Assembly: GCA_040437565.1 (NCBI GenBank)
Contig: JBDOQK010000026.1
Span: 1 to 64,000, forward strand
DNA: 64,000 bases
From: Albugo candida
Lineage: Eukaryota
Direction of reading: 5' to 3'
Position 1 is the first letter of the stretch. Each line of letters opens with the position of its first letter. A program made the translations under genes and the position numbers. This document shows positions 37,075 through 50,492 of this stretch, piece by piece. Below the pieces are notes generated by a model that saw only the letters and a list, made by a program, of their open reading frames with translations, did not search any database and had not been told where the DNA came from.

Positions 37075-38595
37075 CTAATCATGTCTTAATTCTGGCTGCT
37101 CTGTGTAAACGAAAGGATGTGCTCGAAGACGGGCAAGAAGTGGTTCATACGCGCGACGACGATGGTATTGTACCGCATGGATAGTGCCGATGACAAGCAC
37201 AGAAGCACTGGCCACACATGCGCCAATTACCATCAACCATTTCCATGAGTTCATCCATGAAGTCTCACCTTCATGCCCGTCGGCACTTCCCAATTGCATG
37301 TTGTCCAAGGCGGACGGATTGACACTGTAGTGTTCGATTCGGGGAAGCTGTGTTCCACCTTTGTTCTCTGTGTTAGTCGCCAGCACCAGAGAAATCATCA
37401 ACGGCACACAATCCACCCATGAAATCGTTTCCAATTGCTGAGCACTCACAGAACTTTTGTGCTGGACGCCACCTTTACGCCAAAAGTACCACGAAGCACT
37501 GCTTTTAATTTCTTGAGGTTTGTCATTAACATAATACACTTTTCCCGATCCAGTAATGGTAGCTTGGAGCAATTGACGCGTTTGGACTGTTAAATCACCG
37601 TCATTACTCAATGTAGCATGGGTCTCATCACTCACAAAAGATTCCAAATTAACACTGCCTTTTCCATCTATCGTAATCTTTTCATTGTGGCATTCACCAG
37701 GGAGATCAACCGATACAATCGCAATATTTCCTGATCCTGAGCTGGCAATATTCAATTGTTGATCAGCTTGTAATTTCTTCCCTCCAGCAATATATGTTCG
37801 AGCTGAACTCTTGCTCTGGACGTCGACCGTTTGTGTAACAATCTGATCCTGACCGATCAGCGTAATGGTGCCATCTTCCGAGGTGCGAATCTTTAGATCC
37901 TCTACTAGCGTCAGCACATTCGCTTCGAATGCCAATTGTCCGCTACCTGAGGCTTCCAAAGTCAATTCTTTGAAAACAGGATTTTGTTTGGCAGCATTCA
38001 ATTGCAAGTTTCCAGAGCTATGAACTCCAAAATAGCTCACGACTGCATTTCCATTAACCAACACGTTGGGAGCAATACTGATATCTCCAATCCCAAAATT
38101 TTCGATTCTTGAAAGGCTATCTTGATGCAGAAAAATCTCAGTCAGCAAAGCGCCTCTCACTGTAGCCGCTGTATTTTTCAATTGAACAGAAACACCCATT
38201 GAGAGAGAGTTTGGGATATCGGTGACGATAATCAATCGCAAAATATCTTCCGAAGTACTCAAAACACGTACATGACCAATAATTGACTCATCAGGATCAC
38301 TTGGACCCTTTTGATTTTGCATTAACGGATTAGGAAGCGCGTGGAGCTGCGTTTTGGAATCAGAATCGGACTTGATAAAGACACGTGCAGGAAGAGCGAC
38401 TTGGAGCTCCGTCACAGACTCACTGTCGTGTTCCCTGTATATAGTCCATATTTGCTCTAGCAGGCTCACATCACCCAATTTTGTACTACTTGTGCGAATG
38501 GTTGAGTTGTCAAACCGAAGAGCAGAGGAAGGGATGAATAAATGGATGAGAGCGAGGAATAGTACTGGAATCACTGCGTTTGCGTTTGCTCGCAT
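37075..38595 (-). CDS. Signal peptide plus GIN/DUF2807-like beta-repeat domain plus C-terminal TM helix (506 aa)
   Basis: Hydrophobic N-terminus, repeated SGSG/GKGS beta-strand units ending LQATITGSGKVYY..KP, then TM WLMVIGACVASASVLVIGTI followed by RRR. Confidence 0.75.
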   Translation of the reverse strand: MRANANAVIPVLFLALIHLFIPSSALRFDNSTIRTSSTKLGDVSLLEQIWTIYREHDSESVTELQVALPARVFIKSDSDSKTQLHALPNPLMQNQKGPSDPDESIIGHVRVLSTSEDILRLIIVTDIPNSLSMGVSVQLKNTAATVRGALLTEIFLHQDSLSRIENFGIGDISIAPNVLVNGNAVVSYFGVHSSGNLQLNAAKQNPVFKELTLEASGSGQLAFEANVLTLVEDLKIRTSEDGTITLIGQDQIVTQTVDVQSKSSARTYIAGGKKLQADQQLNIASSGSGNIAIVSVDLPGECHNEKITIDGKGSVNLESFVSDETHATLSNDGDLTVQTRQLLQATITGSGKVYYVNDKPQEIKSSASWYFWRKGGVQHKSSVSAQQLETISWVDCVPLMISLVLATNTENKGGTQLPRIEHYSVNPSALDNMQLGSADGHEGETSWMNSWKWLMVIGACVASASVLVIGTIHAVQYHRRRAYEPLLARLRAHPFVYTEQPELRHD

Positions 38596-38849
38596 GATGC
38601 TGGCCAGGGAAATCCTATATTGGAGCTATTAGAACGAGTCATTAATCTTTCGAAGCTTTCTAACGGTTGGTTCGATATTTTGAATGATGTATCAATTAGA
38701 CCAAATTATTAGGAGCGGCAGACCGATTTGATACAAAAGCCATCACGAAGATGAATGAGAGATGGCAAGAATAAAGACTGGGAGGGTTCTCGTACAAACT
38801 CTACAGCCTGCGACATTCAAGCGACAACTAGACGAATATTTTCAGTTGT

Positions 38850-41267
38850 CTACATGGAATGCGCCAGTCGCGCGGTATTACAGCAACATGCGCTTTCCCA
38901 TTTGAAAATCAGCATCAAGCGGTTTAGAATCATAGAAAATAAGTAAAAGAAGTATTTTCTATAATGTAAAGTGTGTCTCACTGGCATACTTTCTTGAGGA
39001 TTGGAGAGACCAAATGTTGCTTGATCGGTGGCAAAACCAGTTTTATGCTTGTCTGTGAAGTAGCGCTGTTGAGATCTGTGCCGCTCAGTCGATGTTGGTG
39101 CCTCTTCGACCACGTCAATCCAATTTAGACGTCAATGTGCTCGTAAAGGCATATCTTCTTTCGCTATCAGAGTCTACCTCATTGGCAATGAGGAGGTTTT
39201 TTACACTCTGGCGAAGGCGGTTGCGGGCGGCTAGAAGTTGGATACATTCCGCCTGAGCTTTCTCAATATCCAGTTCCGATTGGTTCTCCATCTTTTCCTT
39301 GCTAACGGTCGGATGTACATATGCATTTTGAAGTCGTGGGTATATAGTGTCTCTAATCGACTTACTAAGTTTTGTGATCAGTAAGTGAGAAGCAAACGGC
39401 ATTGCTGACTGTAAATTCTTAAAAACGAACTCGGCATGGTACATCTACACAAATTTGCAATTGTAGGCTTATTAACGAGTTCACAATAATCTCGACAAAG
39501 CAATATACCTGTTCCATTGCGTCTGAAAATGACTTGCAATTCATCGGCAAAAGCCTTTCTAATTGCAATTCTAGCCAGCTGCATACAACTTGGGGATTAT
39601 TGATATCATCCTTCTGTATTTTCATCGTCAAAGCGATTACAACATATGGCGCCAGCATTGCTTTCTCCATCGAATCTATTGTGGACATAATTCCGGGAAC
39701 TTGACTTGTATATACCGCAATTTCACTATCGCAAGCACAGCATTCTGCAAACCATTCGAGTAACTTCTTTTGCCATACTCGTAGAGTATTTGATTCAAAC
39801 TGTGCGCGAGCGGGCCACAGCCTCAAGAGACTTCGAACGAGACCAACTTCGAGAAAACGTTTGGCAATCTTCTGTCGAGATACCCACGATTTTTCGGCAT
39901 TCAATCGGTAAGTCAGCAACTGCAGCAGTAATAAAACACTCTCTCCGCTGTTTTGAAGAGGAAATACAATGATGGAAGTCGATGCGTCGTATTTTTGTAG
40001 CGTTTGCAATTGGAACATAAGCGTCGGAAGCAACTCATCTAATACTTGCACGAGAGCGTGGACTTTCTTGCCGCTACTATCTTGCTGTGTATGATGTAGT
40101 CCAGTTGCAAATAATTCCGAGGCACAAAGATCTGCAAAAACGGATAAAAACACTTCGTTGACCATTCTCCAACCACTGATATCATCATCATCTATTTCTG
40201 ACAAGGGTCCAGCCCCACTGCATAAATAGATGTACAAATCCTTCAGCGACCGTAAACCTTTTATGAGTAGCGTGTATGGTGCATTCAGAATGTAATCACG
40301 AGTAATAAAAAGATATCGCTTCCACTCTCCATCTACTCCATACACCAAATTCGCACTTACATTTACACTTTCACCGCAGAGTAAGCGCTTTATGATATCT
40401 TCTAAAACGCTATATAGATCCCATTCCTGCCAGGTTGCCGGTGGAACGTGAAGAAATAATGCCGAATTTGTACGTGATGCAATGTAGTGGAGTTTTATCT
40501 GTACCATCTTTTGCTCAGAGATTTGATTGTTGAACTTCGTTCCGCACTCTAACGGCTGAAGGGAAGATTGAATGTGGAATTTATGTAAGAAGTGAGTCGC
40601 TTCTTTGAGTTGTCGATGCAGTATGTCATTAAAATGAATCAGAAGAACGGATGCAGCAATTAGATTACAATGTGATACCGAAGACGAATTCCTCGAGTTG
40701 TATTCATTCAGATAAAGTATACCATCAAGAAACGCCATTGTAACGTAGGTGAAAAACTTGTCAATCTTCTTTTGTTTCGCATGATCATGGAAGAAGTTCG
40801 CGAGAGCGTGCAGATGATCCCTATCTACAATTGGATAATCGTATTGGAAGGCGTCATATGCTTGGTGGATGATTGCGACGTTCGCCGGCATGGTTTGTCC
40901 CTCGTATTCTGTTAATGTTGAGGTGATGAAAGGTGTGGATACAGTGATACTGTCTGCTGTTTGCTCGAGCTCATTTTCCCGGAGATAAGCCACAATCTGA
41001 TCGATGAACTCATTTCGATCCATTCGAACTTTGTAGCATTGATCAATACCACGTACAATTCAGTGAACCGTACCTTAAAAGTTTGGTAATAGAATGCAGT
41101 TTTTTAGTGTAGACAGAAATTGTGATGAAAACAAGAACTTTTGGATATTTGTGCACCCAATCCTCATGATTCTTTTTTTGTTTAAACGATGATTGCCGAG
41201 TGACGTTGTGATCGAAGTAAGATACCTCTTTCCAGCTGGTTCCGTATTCGGTCAAGTAGTACTTCAT
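38850..41267 (-). CDS. Multi-exon hypothetical protein (helical); boundaries approximate
   Basis: 534-aa ORF 39419..41023 with same-strand flanking ORFs and GT-AG intron-like breaks. Confidence 0.6.
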
Positions 41268-42799
41268 ATTACTGTAATGTATGGGGCAGCTTTTGTAAAT
41301 GTGGCTGTAGCTGCTAGTGTCAACAAACCGCTAATCAATCCATCACCTGCTCGTGCAAGTCATGTTTTTGCATGCTCTGATTACAAGAAAGAATTCGGCC
41401 AAAAGACATCATACATGAAAAAAAGCTAGAGATGTAGTTGCTCATGAAAACCACGCAAAGCCTTTGACTCATCCATTTATGCTTTCTACGGGGAAATTTC
41501 TTGGTATAACTCGGTAATTAGTAGAGAGTAGCTCGGTCACATCGTTGCTTGACGGCCGGGCGTCCATACAAAGAAAAGCATGGTATGATAGATACACTGA
41601 AGCAGCATGTGACCTGGAATGACAGCAGCTTGAGTGAGTTCGTGACATATTAACCTGAGCTAAAATTTGATAAGTATGATTGGTCTCACTTCGCAATCAA
41701 GCAAACCCGCCTTTTTGATCGTGATGTTTGCATTTAGATCCAGCCGCCAATGTAGTAGAAGATACATGAGCTCACAAAGTAAAACGGATCGTAGGAGTGT
41801 ATAAGCAACATGCACTCAACGATTACAAGAAATTTCACTCCCGGCGCGCCTACAGGAAAATCCATCTGACACAACACAGGAGTACCCGATGGCACGACTC
41901 GTCTAAAGTTCTTCCCTGAAAGCTTCAGCTCATCATTCATCGCATTCTTCAATACTTTAGCGTTTGGTGACTTGAGTCACGTTTATTGGTCAAAGAGCTT
42001 AAAGGGCTAGCTCGGTTGTTTAACCTATGTTTCCAATCGTTATTACGAACGCATGCCTTTGCAGAACAATACTTTGCGTAATGTCGCCTTGGGATGTGAT
42101 TTGAACGATTTGAGCCATGAGCTGAACCGAAAACCTTTGGACATGAGGCCTGCTGAGGTGTTACTGTAGTCATCTTGTCTTAGATATCGTCTACGATCTG
42201 CAGGCTGAATTCAGGTCGTACAAGTTGGTCAAGATTCATCTATGTAACATCATGTTCGACGAATTGCATCATAATTCTTGTCTCCTGATCACCTTCACGA
42301 ATGACACTTTGCCACCAAAGCTTGTTCCCATAATGACGTCAAGTTGTCATGTGTTACATTCATCAACTTGTGATTTGGAAACAGATTCCATTTACAAAGC
42401 CGCTTCATATCATCTGGATATCCCAGGGTTATGCATTAAATGCACTTATATATGACCTTTTGCCTCCAGCTTCGTCAATATTAGCTTATCGATAGCCCCC
42501 AATTACTCGCATTGATGTTCTCGATATCTATCTCAGGTCCATCTCGAAGCTGCGCGGTATGAGACAGCGAAATATTTGTGCAAAATACCGGGAGAATCTC
42601 AATGTTGTACATTTTTATGTTTGCAGTAATAAAAGTCACACAACACCACAATCGTAGGTGCTTGCTGAGATATGAGTGCGAGTGGAAATATGTACGTGGG
42701 GCTCTACAGAATCGTACCAGACTTGAAAAAGTCCGACCAAATCGCACAGTTTGAAGACTTGATCGGTTTAAGTCTTTGATTCGATAATGAAGTGAAGAG

Positions 42800-45700
42800 C
42801 GTAGTCGTTACACAATAGATGACGGACATGTCTGCAGGTAGCCGGACAGCAAACGCACCTCAACTGCCGCAGCACCCGCCATTTCTAGAGGAAACTTCGA
42901 ATGATAATCTAGAACCCTTGAAAACACTTCAAGATTATTACAACACGTTGGCGGCTCATGTAACATGCATTGATTAGCCGCTAGTGATGCCGGTATCAGT
43001 CTATGCGGGCGTGTGCACAAGGGGGTAGATATCAAATAGCCAAGTCCCGAGGACGCACTAAATAAAATTGGGTTGATTATTTCCGGAAATCTGAAGGGCC
43101 CGACTGCGTGGATTTATGCGAAAATAAACGCGAAGATGCGTAGTCTAAGGACTGACGTGACATTTATGAATGCTGTTTCAAGGATATGTCGACTGGATTA
43201 CCAGCTTTACAGGATTTTTGGACCAGCGCGGCTTTCAAGAATACGTTGAGTAAGTATAATCGAGAAGGGTTATGCTGTTGATGGTTGGCGTATTGGAACC
43301 GCCAGCTTTGAAAGGAAAATCGTGAAAAAGTGGATGTGCACAATTCTGAAAAAGAAAAGCCCGATGACGTTTTGTCAAAAGTTTAGGTCTTGCTGAGAAG
43401 TTTCATGAATTGTGAACCTGAAAGATACGAAAGACTGTGTTACGAAGAGACGTAAGAAGTCTACGAGTATGGGTGCAAGCGCCAAGCACATGTACTTCGG
43501 GTATGTCTGGAAAGAGTTGCTCAAGTCTAAGCTATGATGATCAACGAAAACAGTTGAGCGTCCTGTTGGCATCCGACAGCTAGTAACTTCAGACACTCGC
43601 ATGTATCAAATTTGGAAAACAAACGTGATACAGAAAAGTGTAGCAATGGATTCTTTAAGCAGGTACGACTACTTTATTTCATGCAAGTTTCTGGGTGATT
43701 TTATTGAAGAAAATGATTTCAACTAGCTTCTCGAAATAGTTTATTAGCACCACGAGCAAAGAACCAAACACTGATAAAGGAATCGTTCAACTATTCCGCA
43801 GTCGTCAGTTCCATACCACAGCAATGATAGTAAGAGTATCAAGTACGCTTCAATAAATCGATTTTGATTGAATCATAACACAGTAGCGTAAAGAAAATTG
43901 AATTATCTCATACATACCCAAAACAGACGCGACATACCCATGGCTAATTGCCCGCGAAATCCATCGCCAAGACCAGGCTATTGAGCCGTGACAAGAGCAT
44001 ATGATGTAGATGACGGACCTGAAGTGCTCAGACACAAGCCTGAAGTGTACCAAACGTCTGAGATTGCCTGAAAAGGTACTTTTACCCAAATGGACTCGCC
44101 GTTCTTCTGCACTTTTAAATATATGTTAGATCTCGTAGTTACGCATTTCGTGATCGCAGGGACAGGGACGGGTTTTAAACTCTAAATGCGAGATGCAGTT
44201 ATCAATAAAGAGGGCACGGTGTGGAGCGATAGAGGGATCTTTATTTTCAGTACCGTCTTGAATGGCTAGCAAAAACGTTCCCAGCTTGAGTATTCAGCCA
44301 ACAAACCAAAATGTCGCTCATGAGGAGGAGGATGGGGATAGTAGACTCCTTGAACATTGCACAGATAAAAGAGTTTAACGTATACATGAAGAAGCCTCTA
44401 GAAATTATGAAAGGCGCGGTGAATTTAATGATAAAACCCACTATTCGAATGCAAGATCAAGTAGGCCGGAAATAGAAATAAATGAACATAAAAATAAAGC
44501 ATTGATTCTAGAAGCAAAAACCTTGGGTTGTGATAAGGCTCATGGGGGTAAAAGAGAAATAAAGACGGCCTTCTTCGTGTCAGAATAGGGTGATTATATG
44601 ATGATATCTGTGGGGTGTACCTCAAGCTTCCTTCCAGCCAGCCTGATAGATGATTTAATGCCGCGACAAAACTCATGATTCAACTGAATTCTCATGAATG
44701 AAGATCCAGCTAGCAGCAGACTAAAAGTTCACAAAAGGAGAGATTTGTTAAAGGCGTGCAGCGGTTAAGTTCATAGACAAGATGCCTAGCTTTCGTGTTT
44801 GCATNNNNNNNNNNNNNNNNNNNNNNNNNNNNNNNNNNNNNNNNNNNNNNNNNNNNNNNNNNNNNNNNNNNNNNNNNNNNNNNNNNNNNNNNNNNNNNNN
44901 NNNNATGATGATATCTGTGGGGTGTACCTCAAGCTTCCTTCCAGCCAGCCTGATAGATGATTTAATGCCGCGACAAAACTCATGATTCAACTGAATTCTC
45001 ATGAATGAAGATCCAGCTAGCAGCAGACTAAAAGTTCACAAAAGGAGAGATTTGTTAAAGGCGTGCAGCGGTTAAGTTCATAGACAAGATGCCTAGCTTT
45101 CGTGTTTGCATATTGAGCTTCACGACAATTGTGACATACTCAGGAGTGCTGTCATGAAAAATCAAATAGGTCCCTACGTGACGGCATAAACCGGTTCACC
45201 TATCGCTGCGATACGCTTTCGTCGTGTGAGTGATTGAATGTCATCAGCCGGAAAAGCGTGCGTTTAATCTGAACACGATGATTTAGTTTTCTAAAAAGAG
45301 ATAGCCTGAGACTTTGAGCATGGAACTTTGGACACGGCCCGATTCAACAACATTGACACAAAGTATTTAGCGTACAAATAGAGAGGAGAGAAGATTCAAT
45401 CCTTAACGATACGATCAATGTGAAGTATGTTGACGTGGTGAACAGCGGTGTTGCGGTGGCCGTGTGAAAATCTAACAGGAATCACCGATAGCTACAATGA
45501 AAATATTGGATAGCCGTGAGGATCTTTTGAGCAACGATAGTTCCGGAAAGCTTTCTGGTACAACATATTGCCCTAGTTCGATGAACTTTGTTTACTGCTC
45601 GCAATAATGTGACTCAGATTGAAACGCGTCACAACTTCTTTCTTGTGAATATCTGATTTCAACACATAAAATGGTATAGCCTTACTAAGGGAAGTTAACG

Positions 45701-46600
45701 CGGCCATAAGCATAGACTGTTGTGAGGATTTCAATTAGTCTCTCGTCTTTTTCTGATTGAAATATTATGAAAATCGTATGGTATGTAAGCTGTAATCGAG
45801 GGTCATANNNNNNNNNNNNNNNNNNNNNNNNNNNNNNNNNNNNNNNNNNNNNNNNNNNNNNNNNNNNNNNNNNNNNNNNNNNNNNNNNNNNNNNNNNNNN
45901 NNNNNNNATCTGATTTCAACACATAAAATGGTATAGCCTTACTAAGGGAAGTTAACGCGGCCATAAGCATAGACTGTTGTGAGGATTTCAATTAGTCTCT
46001 CGTCTTTTTCTGATTGAAATATTATGAAAATCGTATGGTATGTAAGCTGTAATCGAGGGTCATACTATGCTCGACCGCCATACTTTCAATTTAACATCAC
46101 TATAGCTTTCATGGTCGGATGCCCGAGGCATGCGTTTATAGTCGCAACACGTCATCAAGGACTCCTCTACTCCAATGATATCACAAAGTATTGGGTTCGT
46201 CGACCGAATTAACATTTCTGGGATTGCAGAGAAGCTCAAGTAAATTGCGTCGGAAACTTGATGCTCGATCAAGACTTTCTTTTTAGATTAGCTTGACTAA
46301 GGCTTTATCTTGTCGAGTGTTGGCGACAAGCTGGACATGACAGAGGTCTGTGCGGAGGTCTAGAAGCAATGATCGAGTACGTAAAGCGGTGTGTGACTGC
46401 AAATTACGTTGTCAGCACATACTTTTTTCGAACAAGCCAGTGTGGAAGTTGGCAACATGCTTACATACTGAGTCATCAATGCTACCAACTGAGTATTTAA
46501 CGCAGTTCATATTGAGAATCTCTCAGGGAATTGGATTAGAATCGGAACTGTTCCTACTCTGCGTCCTCTATGAGCCTACATCAATCTTGATTGATAGCTA
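42800..46600 (+). mobile_element. Possible highly decayed Gypsy-like remnant
   Basis: No long ORFs. Fragments resemble RT (LNAATK) and RNaseH (PIA..RR) motifs. Confidence 0.3.
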
Positions 46601-47063
46601 GAATCTGTCTGATACCTCTAGCTGCTACATTCTACACAAGGAACGCTAACGTTTTGCACCAGAAACCGCTTGCCCTTGCGCATCCATTGCAAGAAGTCTG
46701 ACCGACGCAGTATGCAAAGAGAGGGAAGTAGCCGACATCAAATAAGCATTTATAGTGCTTCTGCTCACTTTTATACTTGTGAACAGCTCACGAAATCAAT
46801 CAAGCATAGAGAATCCTAAGCATAAAAGGCATCAACAAATCATCTCAACCTGATCTGTGTATTAAAAAATGTCTTATTCAAAATGGAAGTGCATACATAT
46901 AACGACAGGGCACAACAATGCTGCCCCTTTCCGCCCATATTCGTTGACTGACGGAGAGATTCTTGTCACCAACGCTCACGATATACATTGTCATCGTACT
47001 TTTGATAAAGCGATGCTTCCAGAAAGGTGAAATAAAGTCCTCTGTGAGACGTTCGTTCCGAAA

Positions 47064-47871
<808 letters not shown>

Positions 47872-48188
47872 AGAATCGCGTCCGATTTACAAAGTTTAAA
47901 TTGGTGCACGCCGTACACAAAGCAAGGCAGTGGGTACTCGGATGCTTTCTCAGAGCTCTGTACATACGAAAATCACAGATAGTTTCAAGACACGTCGTCG
48001 GTGGATATAAAAGTCTCATCACTGAAGGACACTACACACAAAGTGAGTCGAGGGCGCAGATGACTCGATAAAGAAGCGATTGGAGATCTAACCGCTGTAA
48101 GCCGCGAAAGTAAAGGTGTTACATTCAGAAACAATAACAGGGTTACGAGACGCAAATGGTCAGTACGTTTGAGTGTGACGGAAAACTA

Positions 48189-50492
48189 TCACATCCAACG
48201 CACCAGACCAATTCCTTCTTCATTGTTTTCAGACTCACTGAGGATAGAATGTCGAAAATCCGAAGAGAACCAAATGAATGCTTGAACAAAGCCCTGAGAG
48301 TACACAAAGAAATCACTCGAGTACAGCCAAGTCGTCCCCGAAATGACTTTGACGTCGTGCAAGAAGCCAACGATTATCGGAACACCATAATTTAGCAGAA
48401 AGCCAAAAGTTACCCAAAGTAAGAGACGATATTGCTGATACGATTTGTTTGCATGCAGAGTCATAGACTCTGGAAGAAACTTTCGGATCAAACAAAGTGC
48501 CAAACCGATAAGACCGAATATCAAATCACGAGGCACATGGTAGAAAACGACTCGAGCCCAAGTGGGGCTGTGTTCCAAAAAGCACGTGGAGTAGAAATGC
48601 GATACATTTGGAACTGTACCAATAATGTCCAAGGCAGAAGATAAGACTGCGGCAACCGTCCCGAGCGCAATGGCGAGTGTGATGAACGAATACTGGTGGA
48701 TATGTCGAGCGTTTTCTGTGAATGCAGAATTGGTGTGCGAAGAAAATGCACTCGTGGTGACTTTTCGATACTGCAGAACAAGCTGAAGCACGACGCATCC
48801 ATACAAAGTAAACATAAGTGTGCCAGCAAATTGCTCCGATACGAACGAAGCTCGACAAAATAAAGTACGACCAGCAATCAGAGTTAGATTAGACAGCCAT
48901 ATCATCAGATTGTAGGCGAGTATTGCGCTCGACAGATACAGTATCAGATCCTTTGTCTCTTGACATGAAGCTGAACTGTGTTTGCCAAACAATGAAAAGG
49001 CCACCAAGAAAGAAGAGATGATCGATACACTCGACCAAAACAGTGCGAAAATTCGATATGTCTTTGTTGACGCGGTTTTGATGTCCCAATCCAAATGCTG
49101 AGGCATGTGCGTGCCAAACGGAGCCCTTATGGATGGCACCGAGGGAGAGGTACCTTGAACGATTCCTTGTGACTCGGAAGCAGAAAAAGTACCACAATGA
49201 GAATTCGCGGTCGAGCAAGCAAATCCGATGCGTTTTTCTTTCATATCGTACAGCGTGTAATACTTTTTCATAAACACGTCACCCAAAACCCACATCTCTT
49301 GGCCATTGGGCTGCAACAACGCTACACATGTGAGATCGACACATAGCGTGTAATCGGGTCCGTCTAAACTGAAGAAAAGATGCGATTTTGTTTCCGATCC
49401 TGCAACTCGGAATTGTATTGAGGGGAAATCGACTCCGGAACATAGAAAACATTGGAACGCCTGCGCTGTGTAGCCACAGTAACAACCACGCGCTTGAGCA
49501 TACGCAGCTATCTGATACAATAGAGAAAGATACAGCTTGCTAGGAACACCAAGAAGTGAAGTTCCAGTGTCCACGAAGCCAATGCACTCAGTAACGTAAT
49601 TATTCGGTGATTCAACTTGTTCCCGGTTATCTGTACCAGAGCCGCTTCCACAAATGGTAACACCAGTATGAGCAGACTGTAGTCCTTCCACTTGGACAGT
49701 TATGAAAGCAATACGCCAGAATGTATACATTCCGAACTGAGGAACCACGTCCGTATACAACCAGACAGCGTTCGTTCTGTCCAGTCTTTCCTGGTCAAAG
49801 CCTCCAAGATGTAATTCCGATCCTGCAGAATTCGGCTCTTTGCTGAGATAAAACGCGAAAACGGGTTTGAGTTCTTTATGCTGATGGATGAGCTGAATAA
49901 AAACAGGAGGATGTGTGAATGTCGAGAGACCATTAAACGCCATTCCAAGCAATCCATCTGCTTTCATGTTCCTCATCGACTCTTCCTCATAATCCACAAT
50001 TCCAAATGTGACATTTTCGATCATAAAATTCACAATTTGCACAGAATCCTGTCCATAGAAACCGGCCACTTTTCCACTTCCATATTCCAACTGAAATCTC
50101 GATTTTTTCTTACTTTTTTGTCGGAATGTCTCGGAATGTCTCGAATCAAATCTTTTGAGTCCTCCGCAATTGTCGCAGCTTTTCGCTGGGACCCAAAGAT
50201 CAGAAGATCCGGTGTCAAAGCACACAGAGACATTTTGAAGAGGTTGACCGATGGATATCGTTCCATAGAACTGAAATTCCATATAGTTCACCAGTGGGAC
50301 ATTACCCATGGCCGCAAGCTGCAACATTCCCAGGGTTTTGAGCTCTTCATTGAAGGAGATTTGATTGATTTGAGAAGCTAGGTCTTCAGTGTTCTTCTCG
50401 ATGACATGCTGGGATAATGGAATCTTCAATGGCAAGGGCACGATCAATAGAATCAGACTCGATGCAAGCAGGCCAAGTAGACCCCAAGCCAT
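48189..50492 (-). CDS. Pepsin-family aspartic protease fused to a C-terminal 7TM/GPCR-like domain
   Basis: First ATG at 50492 (MAWGLL..., signal peptide). Catalytic motifs FDTGSSDLWV and VDTGTS, flap YGSG, WVLGDVF, then about seven hydrophobic segments in one ORF. Confidence 0.9.
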   Translation of the reverse strand: MAWGLLGLLASSLILLIVPLPLKIPLSQHVIEKNTEDLASQINQISFNEELKTLGMLQLAAMGNVPLVNYMEFQFYGTISIGQPLQNVSVCFDTGSSDLWVPAKSCDNCGGLKRFDSRHSETFRQKSKKKSRFQLEYGSGKVAGFYGQDSVQIVNFMIENVTFGIVDYEEESMRNMKADGLLGMAFNGLSTFTHPPVFIQLIHQHKELKPVFAFYLSKEPNSAGSELHLGGFDQERLDRTNAVWLYTDVVPQFGMYTFWRIAFITVQVEGLQSAHTGVTICGSGSGTDNREQVESPNNYVTECIGFVDTGTSLLGVPSKLYLSLLYQIAAYAQARGCYCGYTAQAFQCFLCSGVDFPSIQFRVAGSETKSHLFFSLDGPDYTLCVDLTCVALLQPNGQEMWVLGDVFMKKYYTLYDMKEKRIGFACSTANSHCGTFSASESQGIVQGTSPSVPSIRAPFGTHMPQHLDWDIKTASTKTYRIFALFWSSVSIISSFLVAFSLFGKHSSASCQETKDLILYLSSAILAYNLMIWLSNLTLIAGRTLFCRASFVSEQFAGTLMFTLYGCVVLQLVLQYRKVTTSAFSSHTNSAFTENARHIHQYSFITLAIALGTVAAVLSSALDIIGTVPNVSHFYSTCFLEHSPTWARVVFYHVPRDLIFGLIGLALCLIRKFLPESMTLHANKSYQQYRLLLWVTFGFLLNYGVPIIVGFLHDVKVISGTTWLYSSDFFVYSQGFVQAFIWFSSDFRHSILSESENNEEGIGLVRWM

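Noticed and set aside
44598-46064. 207-bp and 157-bp direct repeats around two gaps
   Set aside because: Same overlap artefact.
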